Source of the DNA: Microthyrium microscopicum
Taxonomy: Eukaryota
Length of the DNA: 64,000 nucleotides
Reading direction: 5' to 3'
NCBI GenBank assembly: GCA_010405405.1
Contig: MU004237.1
Span: 596,191 to 660,190, forward strand
The translations under genes were made by a program, and so were the position numbers. Each line of letters starts with the position of its first letter. Within the stretch, counting starts at the first letter, position 1. The notes under the pieces are model-generated. The model was not told where the DNA came from. It saw nothing but the letters and a program-made list of their open reading frames with translations, and did no database searches. This document shows positions 48,687-60,602 of this stretch, piece by piece.

Positions 48687-49817
48687 TCACTTTCCCTCAA
48701 AGGCATAACTCAACGCCCACATAACCATCGTATCACTCGCCGTCCCCATATGCCCACCCCCATCCGTACTCTCCCTCAAATCATGCTTCGTCAAATCATA
48801 ACTCCCCCTCAACGCAAAACTATCCCCCTTCTTCAACCCAATCGGCTCCGGACAAATACTCATCTCCGTAATAACTCCCGCCCCATTATACGTCGGCCTA
48901 CTCGTACAGACATCTTTCCCATTCAGCGTCATAACCACCTCAGTGCCGCCCGCATGGATATGTCCTCTTGCCCAAACGATCGTCGCGTCTTCGGTGACGG
49001 TCATTGTTTTGCTGGTGGTGGTTGCGGCGCCAGATTTGGAGACTTTGGGCGTTCCTTGGACGGATTTCATTACGTGGCCGGCGTCTTTGCCGATTAGGCC
49101 GTCGAGGTATTCTAGTTCGAGGTCGAGGTAGACGCGGCGGGAGGTTTTGTTGTAGTTGACGAGATCGTATTGGATGCCGAGGGAGGGGGTGCGGAAGTGG
49201 AAACCGGAGTTGTATTTGCCGTCGGGGGTGGTGAAGATTGTTTCGGTGTCGCCGCTGTCTTCGCCGCGGTCGGTGAAGCTGATGATTTCAATCAATTGCC
49301 ACTCGAACAATGTCATTCCAAAGAACTTACGCTTGTGTGGCAGAACCGGTTGCGCCGTCAGAGCTAATGGGCACTCTTGCTGCTTTGGAATTGTCGTATG
49401 CTAGCAGGTGGTGCACGTAGAAACCGTTGGATGGTTTGGCGGGTGAGCCGTCTTCGTTGTGGAATGATATACGGGTTAGGAGAACGGTGCAGTTGGAGCA
49501 GAGACCAGTTTTGGATGTGAATGTTGTTGAACCACCTAGACCTTTGCGATCCATGGAGAAACCTCCACCAGGCTTCTTCTCCTGATCAATGTATTAGCAC
49601 AATGTGATTATGGCTTGAAACATTCGCGTTATGGACTCACATCCACACCAGGCATGAGCAACGGCCCATACGATAACATGACGCGCTTAGCATTATCTCG
49701 AAGTTTTGGCTTAAGCTCCTTCTTTGAAGCCAAAGGCAATGAACTTCCAGCACCACCAAACTGAGGCCTGCATTCAGCTATGGCGCTCAGTAACAATAAA
49801 GCAGCTTGGAGCTTCAT
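48687..49817 (-). CDS. Secreted protein with PHM/DBH-like copper-ligand pattern (SURNod19-like), 3 exons
   Basis: Signal peptide MKLQAALLLLSAIAEC; CSNC; YVHH; GHIHAGG; C-terminal GTASDTMVM. Confidence 0.75.
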
Positions 49818-50302
49818 TTTGATAGCTGTCAATATTTACCGTGGAAAATGAGGGACATTGAAGTCAACGAGGCTATATTAATATATTTTGTACTGAATGG
49901 CGTCTAGACTTTACATAGATTATAGGTAGAAATGAAAGGGATAAATAATATAACAGAGATTAATAGACGGAAGATATGGTACAAGAGAGCCCTCGTCTTG
50001 GTGGTAGGGAAGCATGTCCATGATTGATACACAGTCCATGATATGTTTGATAACACCGAGATTTCGGAAATTAGATCGCTATACATATGTACATCAGCTT
50101 TCTTTGATAAGGCTTGAGAAGTGGAGTGCAATCGCAGTTTGTTGTCATTGATCGCTGATGGGGCAATACATGAAGAGAGTCATTCTAGAGCCTTTCTGGT
50201 CTTCTTTCGATGAGCTTGGACTCCTCCTGAAGGTTCAGTCTTACATAAGGATTCGGTGTGGTAGTTCGTTTAGAGTATCGAGAAATCTAGATGGACTTGA
50301 TG

Positions 50303-51496
50303 TATCCCCTCGGTGCATGTGGTCATGTTGGAATTTGATAGAAACTATAAGGACACGTTTTAGCTAGTTTCACCCCCTGTTTTTAAGCCCCTATTTTTGC
50401 CCCTTTTAGGCACTAATAGTACCTATATTTAGCTATATAAACCTATAGAAACACTTTCTTAGATAGAAATCTAGAGGTCCTTCAAAATAGTGTAATTTCC
50501 TTAAAATTTATAGAATCTAGTTTCTATTAGTTATAAGCCTAGTTATCTCTATACTAGACCTTCTTACTCTCTTATCTTCTTTTAAGTTAAGCCTTTATTA
50601 ACTCTTAGTTACGCTAAGCTATATATTAAACCTTACTTACTAAAGCTAAAGTATAACGAAGCTTCCTAATAAGAATAATTATTAACGTTTACGATTCTAA
50701 TATTAAACTAAACGATTTTTTTTAAAAGGAACGTTAATCTCGCTATAGGCTAAATAATAGCTATAGTAAATACTATAACTTCTTACTAAGAGAACGTCTA
50801 ACTTCCTTTAATAAGAAGGAACGTCTTTATAATTAGCTTTACTTCTAGGGAGGAACGTCTTTAAGTTTAATAAACTTCTTTTTAAGTTTTAATAAAAGAG
50901 AACGCTAAAATAATAATAGGGTTTACCCTTAGGAAGAACGTTTTTAATAATAGGATTTACCCTTAGGGGGAACGCCTTTAATAATAGGCTTTAAGGAACG
51001 CTTTTAGATAATAATAGACTTTTCTAGAGAACGCCTTTATAGCTTTATAATTAGGAATTTAATAGAATAGTATAATAAGCTATAGAGGAATAATAGAAAC
51101 TATAAGGATACATTTTAGCTAGTTTTACCCCTTGTTTTTAAGCCCCTATTTTTGCTCCTTTTAGGTACTAATAGTACCTATATTTAGCTATATAAACCTA
51201 TAGAAACATCCTCTTAGATAGAAATCTAGAAGTCCTTTAAAATAGTGTAATTCCCTTAAAATCTATAAAATCTAGTTTCTATTAGAATTTGATCCTCGTT
51301 GCCTTGTGGCCTGTAATGTGCCTAATATAGCCTAATATAGCCTAAATAGCCTTAAAAGTTATAGGAAACTCTACAAGGCGCGCGGCTAATGTAGCTATCC
51401 CGTGACTTTTAAGGCTGTTTAGGCTATATTAGGCTATATTAGGCACATTACAGGCCACAAGGCAACGGGGATCGAATTCCAACCACCGAGGGGATA
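50303..51496. mobile_element. Palindromic MITE/foldback-like element, interrupted by the LTR insertion
   Basis: TATCCCCTCGGTG (50303-50315) is the inverted repeat of CACCGAGGGGATA (51484-51496). Arms 51285-51365 and about 51400-51479 are near-perfect reverse complements. Confidence 0.8.
50336..51284 (+). mobile_element. Non-autonomous mini LTR retroelement (TRIM-like), RIP-degraded
   Basis: 194-bp direct repeats at 50336-50529 and 51091-51284; termini TGATAGAAAC..GTTTCTATTA; GAATT duplicated at 50331-50335 and 51285-51289; AT-rich 561-bp interior. Confidence 0.9.
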
Positions 51497-52158
51497 TGTA
51501 TGGAGATGGATGGAATAGGTGTGGTGAGTGCAAAGATAAAAGCAAAGATCAGAAGAGCTCAGAGGCTTGGCAGGCACGCGAGATAAGATAGGAACTCACG
51601 ATCTCCGATCTCGGAAAGCATCCGGCCCCGCCATGCACTGCAGCAAGGATACCCCTGCTTGGGCCTGGATAGGCTTGGAGTTGGGCGAAGAAACAACTTC
51701 TGGAGTCTGGACTGTCAGACTGTGGGACCACTCGACTGTCACGACCAAACTTCTTTTTCGCCCTCTCGTATTGCTCTTATATGCGCACGCGATCAACTCC
51801 TCTTTCCATCTTCCCTCTATTCTCACTCCATATTGCCTCCTATACACCTTCACCTGCAACGCAAGATACATCCATCAGCATATCCCATCATTCCTGAGCT
51901 TGGTACGTCATCCCCTTTTCCCTGAAATCCATTTCATCGCCCACAATATTGGCCTAGAGAGGCCTACCCGTAGCAACCATTCGACACGATAATGGGCGCG
52001 CTCCATCAACTGCCGTGTTCCTTATCTCACTGGATGACGAGCAGATGGCTTGGATCCCACTCATTTGACGGGAGTCGACGGGTTTTCATTGCTGTATGCC
52101 AATGTTATGTTAACCTTGCTTCAGATTCCAATACTCGCCCTGACACACCTATATCATT

Positions 52159-53472
52159 ATGGGTCCTGCCCCCAAGTACATCGATCTTGCATACGACCAT
52201 GCAAATTCCGACGAATCTGCATTGAAGCTCGTGGCTACATTATTCCCAGACTGGGCTTCACAAAAGGATACTGTTCAGTTTATCCGTTTCAAAGATGGCA
52301 TCACCAATACTCTTTTGAAGGTCATCAATAAACGCCCGGGTTATACAGAAGAACAGATTGACCGAGATGCTGTTCTTCTTCGGGCCTATGGAAATGGCAC
52401 ACAGGTCCTCATTGACCGAGATCGTATGAATCTTTCAATTTGTACAAGATCGTGGTGCTAACCCGTAATAGGTGAATGCGCATCCCACTCCTTACTCGCA
52501 AGTCATAACCTGGCACCTCCACTACTCGCCAGATTCAAAAACGGTCTGCTTTACAGGTTTATCTCTGGCAAGGTATGCTCTCCTGCAGATCTAAGGAGGA
52601 GCGATGTATGGCGAGCTGTAGCAAGAAGACTTGCGGAATGGCACGCGACACTACCAATCTCAGCAATCCTCGACAAACCCGGCGAGAAAAATTCCAGCAA
52701 AGGTCCCTTCGAAACTATGAGCAAGATTTCAAGTCTCCCATCTCCGAACATATGGACTGTCATGTATAGATGGTCCTGCGCCTTGCCAGATCAGACCGAT
52801 TCACAAAGCAATCGCAAAGCCATGATTCAAAAAGAACTTGAATGGATGGCTGAGAAACTAGGCGATGTTCCCGGAATCCACTCTCAGCAGTTGATATTTG
52901 CGCACTGTGATCTGTTACATGGAAATGTAATTGTCCAACCATCTGCTGCGCATTTACACCATCCCTCGGAACACTCTGAGCCTAGTTCATCGGCCAGTTC
53001 TCCATTGACCGCGCCCAGCATGGCTTCGGACAGAGATGTAGCTCCTGTTAAAGTGCATTTCATTGACTATGAATATGCCACACCGTCGCCAGTCGCTTTC
53101 GACATTGCTAACCACTTTGCCGAATGGGGTGGCTTTGACTGCGACTTCACTGTTCTCCCCACCAGAGCTCAAAGAAGGAACTTCTTGAGCACATATCTGC
53201 AGGCGTACAACTCTTTCAAGGGCAGGGAATTTGAGTCAAAAGAACTCGAACAACTCATGGCCGAAGTTGATCTTTTCCGCGGCGTGCCTGGATTCTACTG
53301 GGGAATCTGGGCTATCATTCAAGCTGAGATCAGCTCAATCGATTTCGATTATGCCAACTACGCCGAAGTGCGTATGAGCGAGTACTGGGCGTGGAAGAAA
53401 TCTTTGACCAACGAAAATGGACAAGGAGACCAAGTACCAGTTCGCGAACGGCGGTGGGCACAAGACGAATAG
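52159..53472 (+). CDS. Ethanolamine/choline kinase (intron about 52424-52471)
   Basis: DGITNTLLK, LLRAYGNGT..LIDR, Brenner-type FAHCDLLHGNVI, FIDYEYA, AFDIANHFAEWGGFDCD, GFYWGIWA. Confidence 0.9.
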
Positions 53473-53994
53473 ATACGACCTTTAACGACGACACACTGGC
53501 CAGCTATCTCTTTCTGCAATTAACCCAGATGCATGCTAGCTGAGGCACACAAACGACTTTTGCTTTGGTTTGGGGATATTTGCCTTTTCTCGATATGCTA
53601 CCCGTGTACATAATTTGCATTTCATAGTGCAGCGAACTGTGCGATTCTGATACCCCCTTCAACATATCTTAGATCGAAGACCATAGCAACTGACCTGTTT
53701 CATCAGCAGGTACATTTCCTATAATGACATTTTCAAATTCAGTATTGCATAGCAAACGATGCTATTTCATTTGTCATAAGAAGTTTTCTGCTCGATAAAA
53801 TCGTTCAATTCATACCACATTATCAACACACCCAGTCAATTGTAAACAAATAAATACTCCCTCCATCACCCCTATTCCCCAGTCCCAGATCCATGCCAAC
53901 CCATCTAGAAACTTTTCCAGTCCCAGTCCCAATTCCCTTTTCCAAAACAAAACTCCATCCTAATGCATCCAAGAAAAGAACCGAAAACAGAAAT

Positions 53995-56828
53995 TTATAG
54001 CGTAATGGACATGCAAATCTGCATATCGCTGGTTATCCCTCCATCATCAAAACTCCACGTCCCATCCCCCACCGCATCTAAATCCAACAACGCATCAAAC
54101 TCATCCTGCACATGGAACTCTGGCATCACACTTGCGCTGAACAGTTTTAAGTCTGCTTCGAGATTACTTGTGTGTACATCGTCATGTGTGTCGCCGAAAA
54201 TCGTCGTGCCTGCTGTCGTTGCTGCGAGTGATGCCGTATCAAGATGTGAATGCGAATCAATGTGTGTGTGGTGCGAGGACGAATCGCTATCGGGCGGTGT
54301 TGAGGCGAGGAAAGATTGTAGTTGGGTGGCGACTTCTTCGTCGGATGTGTTGGGTGTGTTCATATCTGCTACGAACAGTGCGTGGCGAGGCAGTGTATCT
54401 GGCGGCGAGGGCGCGTGGGTGCTGGGTGGTGGCATGGAAGCTAAGTCCAGACGGCGGCCGGCATCTACGAGGTCTTCGACGGATGCTACGGGATGCATGT
54501 TCTCTGCCGCTGAGGGACTAGCGCCAGCTTCAGCTGTTAGAGTAGACACTTGGATGCCTGCCTTTCGTATTGCGGCTTCCAGGAAGGCGGTGGAGTAGTC
54601 TGCGGCGGCATACATGTCGCGTAACTTGCCCATTACGCCCATACATTGGCAGAAACCCCTCAGGGAGGCGCGGCGGATGTCGTCGTCGGGGGATTTTATG
54701 TCCAGGAGGTGGATTATTATGGCTGGTAGGAGGACGGTTACGCCGGTGGTGGGGAGGTATTTTACTAGGCCGGCGCCGTCGAGGGCTTGCGCGATGGAGG
54801 TTATGGATGTGGCGGCTCGGCGGACGTTTTGACGGGAACATTCGAGGAGTTCGACGGCGGCGGGGGTGGTTGGGTTGGCGGTTGGTGAGGAGGGTAGGAC
54901 TTGGGGCCGGTGGAGGGCGGAGAGGGTGGTGAAGAAGACGAGATGGAGGAGGGCCCGAGATAGGTCAATGGGCGCAAAGCCGGTGAAGGTGTCGGTGTGT
55001 TGGGCTTCGGGGGGGAGGTTGTCGAGCCAGGTCTGGAGATCTGTGTCGCAGAACTTGACTTCGGAGGTTTCGGGGTCGAGTTTCTTGGGGAGAAGCATCA
55101 TTGTTGTGCGGTCGTTGACCATTCCTTGGTTGTTGTTGAGGACGCAGTACTGCTTGGAGAGTACACGAGAGATGCACAGGCATAGTTTGGCCTTTTCGAT
55201 ACACATGACGGCGAGGGTACGTTGTTTGTCGACATCGCGGGCAAGTGTGCAGTCGGCGGGCACACAGCTGACGTTGTCGGGGATGGCAACGATTTCAAAG
55301 TCTTCGAGGGTCATCATGGGTACGTCGTAGTCTTCGGCCTTGATGCGGGTTGGTCTTCTCATTCCGAGAGCTATTAGTCGGTCTCTCATATATGTTGACC
55401 ACCAGATACGTTTCCAAAGTCTGGTGCGTTTGGCGTCCATGTTAGATCGCTCGGGGTTGCGGTGAAGTCCAATGGTATGGGCTACGGATGTGGCGACTCC
55501 CATCCAGTGCCAGGTATCTTTCTGGTCATCTGGGGTCTCGTAGTAGTATGTCAACAGTAACAGAGCCTGGACTAATGATACGCGATCTGATTCATAGTCA
55601 AAGTCGTACAGAAGCTATGTTGGTTAGTGATATCGATGTTTAGCTGTTCTTTTTGACACTCACCCTGGTCTTGTTGAAAAAATCCTTGCGGGCTTGTTTT
55701 CTGGAGGAATATCCGGCATTGAAAAGATGCTGCATATCCACGAATGCTGAGCCAGCAAACATTACTGCGTGATATAAGATCAAGCTTATCCGTCCCAAAG
55801 CACCATTGCCACTCTCTATGATCATTACAAAGTCATACAAATCGACGAGTGGCATATAAGGATGCACAAATTCTATGTAAGCTCGAAGAAGTTCATTTCG
55901 AAGGGCTGTGCCAGGGACTGTAAGGGCCCCTTTCTTTTCCAAATATGCAGTCTCATCTGGTCCAATCCTCGGTGGAAGAGGTTTAATGAAATATGGAATG
56001 TTTGGAAGGTTGGCGACGGCTGGAAATCGTGGACCTGGGGAGAAATAATGTGAATCGACCGACATTGGACTCGGCTGTAGCATTGGATATGGTGATTGTG
56101 CCCCTGGGCTGAAAGACATGCGAGAATTGATAGTCTGTAAGCTCAAATTCAAACGTTGGCCGGTTGTTCGGTCTGGTATTCATTGTCAGCCTTGTGCTTC
56201 CGCTCAGCCGTGCCAACATCTCCACTCTCCACCAGTTAAGATTCGCACCCCAAAGAATCGTTCAACACACAAATCACACAACTTACATATTGAATGTGGT
56301 ACATGGCTCTCGATAGGTGAGTCGATATCATGTGATCGTGTGCCTGTCATTGCTGGCTGCATGAATGGCATGGAGTTTCTCGAGGCGATTTTTCGACCCA
56401 CGACTTTTGTGGAAACTGCAGCCGCTGCATCTTGGGATGTGACGTTGTTCCCCTTGCCCGTATCCGTTATCTCAGCGCCATCCTTGTTCCATTTCCTGCA
56501 GCACATGTCAGTCCCGTCTCTCGCGTGGTGTGAACGTGATGGATTTGTCAATTTCCCATACGCAATGATGAACCTACTTCTTTCTGCGGGACTCGGAAAC
56601 AATGCATTCGACTTCGTCAAGACGACAATTGGTGCATGGAGCACCATGTTCAGTGACGTTGCATCGAACTTTTCGAGCTCTACAGCATTGACATGCCTTT
56701 GAAGCTCGTCGCTTTACTGGTCGTGCTGGAGCTGCTCCGTCAAGTCCAGCAGCAGATGCTTTACGTTTCTGGGGCGGCGAGGTTGAGGATTCCTTGGGTG
56801 AAGACGGTTCTGAACTTGAACTCGCCAT
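53995..56828 (-). CDS. Zn2Cys6 transcription factor, CTF1-beta/FarB-like, multi-exon
   Basis: RRASKACQCCRARKVRCNV..GAPCTNCRLDEVECIV; fungal-specific TF domain with YIEFVHPYMP, LLMTYYYETPDDQKDTWHW-like segment and KRIWWSTYMRDRLIALGMRRP. Confidence 0.9.
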
Positions 56829-59800
56829 GATTATGTATCGAGCGGTTGTGATCGATGGGACAATGGAGAATATGGCTCCAAATAGTACACGGCGTGGGTA
56901 AACACATGGAAAACAATCACACTGCAAGCAACCACGCGCGAAGCAGGGACAGGCAAAATATAAGTAGGCGGAAAATCAAACGCAATAGCAAGCGTGTGGG
57001 CCAAAAGTTAGTGTGAAGCTTTAAAACGCATCCAGGCCAGGTCTGGTTCGTGACCCATGGGATCAGCCAAGATTACGAGATTATGGCCCTCTGAAGAAAT
57101 AGAGGCATTTTGTACTTATTGCGGGGCTCTTTTTACGCGACTAGGTGTATGAAAGTCTCCATGTTCCCCAAACCAAGCCAAAGCCTTGAACAATGTGCAC
57201 CCCGGATTGCTGGGCTTGCCCCGGTTGCCACTGGTTTGAGTGTAAACGTGCTGCCTCTTCTTTAGTCACTTTGCGGACAGGAACCAATCCCCGTCTGAAT
57301 CAGACTGTGGAGTTCATGAGGCTGTGAGTGACAAAACGTTCATCGATTGTCGGCCTGGCTCGGACTTGAAATTCCGCAGCTTTCGGATAAGTGGAAGTGT
57401 GCTCTCTCCACACGTTACACGATGTTTATCTCCTTGCACAACACGAGAAACATTGTCACTACTTCTCTCCACAGTAGCAGCCATAACACACTCAAAAAAT
57501 ACATTCAGGGTTCAAAAATCCTCAGGTCAAGCACAACCCTCTCAACGCCATCAATGCGGCGATCAACACTATGCCCCTTTGGTCTTTCTACCGAGGCGAC
57601 TCGTCTGCAGGCAGGATGCTCAAACAGGTCATTTGGGAAACTGACTGGAAGCGGAAGCGGGAGCTGGGATCACATTTTTCCAGCCTTGTGCAGTAATTCC
57701 GCCTGCAAACTCTGAACGGGCGAACAGGCTTTGGACAATCTGTCGCCTGGGGTTGGCGTTTTTTGCACGTTGCTCGTGATCATAGCCTCATCAACCGCTA
57801 AAACAAATAACTGTGGATTTCATGGCCAACAGTGAGCCTGCTGACAAGCACGTCAGCTACGATGCCCGTTTGTATCCAATAATTGGCGTCAGACTGTGGG
57901 TTTCAATGCAATCCTTCAATCTCAAGATACTAGACTTGAAAGGGCAGTTGTACCACGAGTTGAAAACATGTTGTTGAAGTCGAGACTTGTACAAAGTAAT
58001 GAATATCAGGGTATCACTGATTGGTCTGTGTTTTGCTCTAACTGACTGGTCCGGCAATCTTTTCCCTTGCTGGTGGCATTCTCGAAGGTTGGAAATAAAA
58101 GCCGATCGCCCTTCCCGTCCATGGCGCCAACGGCTGTTGACAGGGGCCCTTGATGGTGTAATTCTTCACCTTTTGCTGCTGGTCCTTAACTCGAGACACT
58201 GTGAATTTTTGATCGAGATTCGACGTTTTTACCAGAATTAACAGCGGCAAGATCGCCAATTGTATGTGAAGATGTTGTCTAGCGCAAGAAGTAATGCGTT
58301 TGTACCTTTGGAATGGATCCGTGGTACACCAACGAGCTAGTATGCTCTCTATTACTGCACATCGACATTTGGAACATTAAACTTTTATGGGGGACTCCAT
58401 AAAACGTTGTGTAGATATCTCCATATCCATGAAATATACTGACAACGCAACAAGCGGTCTCGAAATAGGTTTAGCACACGCATAAGTTCGAGGACGACCA
58501 GCTTTCTATCTCGAGTTGCCTCGTAAGGCAATCCTCCAGTATTTCGCAAGCAACAATTCATATACAATTGTTAAATTACTCACCAATCAGATTATATTGC
58601 CACGCGACAGATACAAAGAGCCTCGAAGCCGTATCAATAATATTCAATTCCAGTGTGGGCTATATACATGCGCCGTGCCAACCATGCACTCTGGTCCGTT
58701 GGCATGGTTCTATATCTAAATCCATAGGTTGTACTCATTAAACATCTACGAATGATAATCCAAAATATTATGATGATCCAATGTACACAACCCTAGATAC
58801 ACCTAAGGTACCTAGGTACATATGTGGTGAAGAACCTTCACACGAATGGATCATGCAGTCTCCACAAAGGTTTGAAATAGTCCAAAGCTATTGATCGTCC
58901 GGGTTCTCAATTCATGAAAGACTGTCTATCCCGGGCTATAGTGAGTATCTTATGAGATATAAGCTTTGCGATACTGTATTGGTACAAGTGTCAAATGACT
59001 TTTTGCACAGCGAACTTACAAACGATACCAAGCTTGGTCCAAGATACAGGAGATATGAGCCGCTACTACTGGGCCGTGTCGCTCTTCAAAAACATCCCAC
59101 AAGAAATCCTACGGAGTAGCATGTTCCTTGTTCAAAGGTGGGAAGTAAAGAACGCTCCGACTTCAATCCGATCTTATGTCTCAGCTGAAGAACATGCGTT
59201 CTTCGGCGATTTAATTGAAAGCAATATGGCCATGCACGTTAATGACATTCGTTTAAGTTCTGGAATGTTGTTCTATAGTGTCAGGGTTCTTATCTAAACA
59301 CTATATCGTGTCAATTTCACGCCTATAGCGAAGAAAAAGACCTATATTAAATTCCGATCTCGGGCTAGCAATGAAAATATCGTGCTCATCAACTACAATC
59401 GTAAACACTGTCACCAACACAAAATCAGCTACATAGCAGACACCACTTCTCCATTGCTCGGGAACTAGCGATCGCATCGAAACCTTGCTGCAGGCCCCAT
59501 GGGGAAATCCCTCAGCAACAGACTGTCACACTCACGGAAGCATGTACGGTAGTTGTATCCTTGCCGCCTCTAGGCATGACGGGTGGCTGTTTTTGGCAAC
59601 GCATACCTGGCGCCGGCCAACATACTGAACAAGGGTTTTAAAAGCGTCAAAGACTTCTATTCGACGGAATACAGGGGGCACAGACAGATATCACGATCTA
59701 TCGTATCTTCATGTGTCGCAAAATATATATGCGTAGATTGAAGAATTCACGGAACAGAGAAATATTATTATACTCTCGATCCTGAGATACCTATACCTTG

Positions 59801-60602
59801 AAAGATCTATGACAAGGCGGCAATAATCCAGGCAGACTGATCATGGTAGATCATATTTGCCTGCTGCACCTCTTGTCATGAACCTACCAATCACACGTCC
59901 TCTCAAGCTTTTTGATAATCACCCACCACGCGAAGCGAGACGGCACAGCTATCATAGACTGCAGGATGAATGGTGGGGCAAACACCCAGAGGGTCTTACG
60001 CAAGACATCGTAAACAGCTCAACCGCCTCGGCATATGCCTCGAATAGGTAAGGCTTCATCATGTTCCTCCAACAGCATGCATATGCCGGCAGCGGGAGCC
60101 AAGCGCCGGTATTTGGAGAAGACGAGATTTGGTCGATTCGGGATGCCGGAGAAGCGGTGAGCGAAGCGATTGTAAATGCCGTTCCCGGCGACCTTCCTAT
60201 TTGGGATTTTGACATTTCTTTCCCAAGAGGTATGATGGAGTCGTAACGATGTTCTTGTTGGCTGATTGGCAGATACGAGTGCCAGCGCGACGGGCGAGCT
60301 GTGGGTGTAGGATTTCGCGTCCGAGTATTTGGGAACTCAACAAATTTCTAGGTTGACGCATAGTTCATGCAGTTACAATTGGTTGTAAGTAACATGTACT
60401 TGCTTTGACGGAGTCTCGCAAGCATCTCCTGATGCGTTCTTTTCCTATCCACAGGATAAACCTTTGTAAGGCCCCGATTTCGAATTCAATTGATCGGTCA
60501 TAAGGCTGAATACCAAGTAGGTATGCTATGGGCATGACAGATATACCATGAAGTTCATTGATAGGTCTAATTCTAGATGGTTCTTCATTGGTGGAAAGCT
60601 AT

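Noticed and set aside
51466..51480. tRNA/SINE B-box resemblance (GGGGATCGAATTCC)
   Set aside because: No A-box or cloverleaf; fully explained as part of the inverted repeat.
53870..53940. G-quadruplex in the TF 3' region (GGGACTGGGA repeats on the minus strand)
   Set aside because: Only three closely spaced G3 runs; too weak to call.
53963..55330. Long + strand ORFs opposite the transcription factor
   Set aside because: Antisense shadows of a GC-rich, codon-biased coding region.
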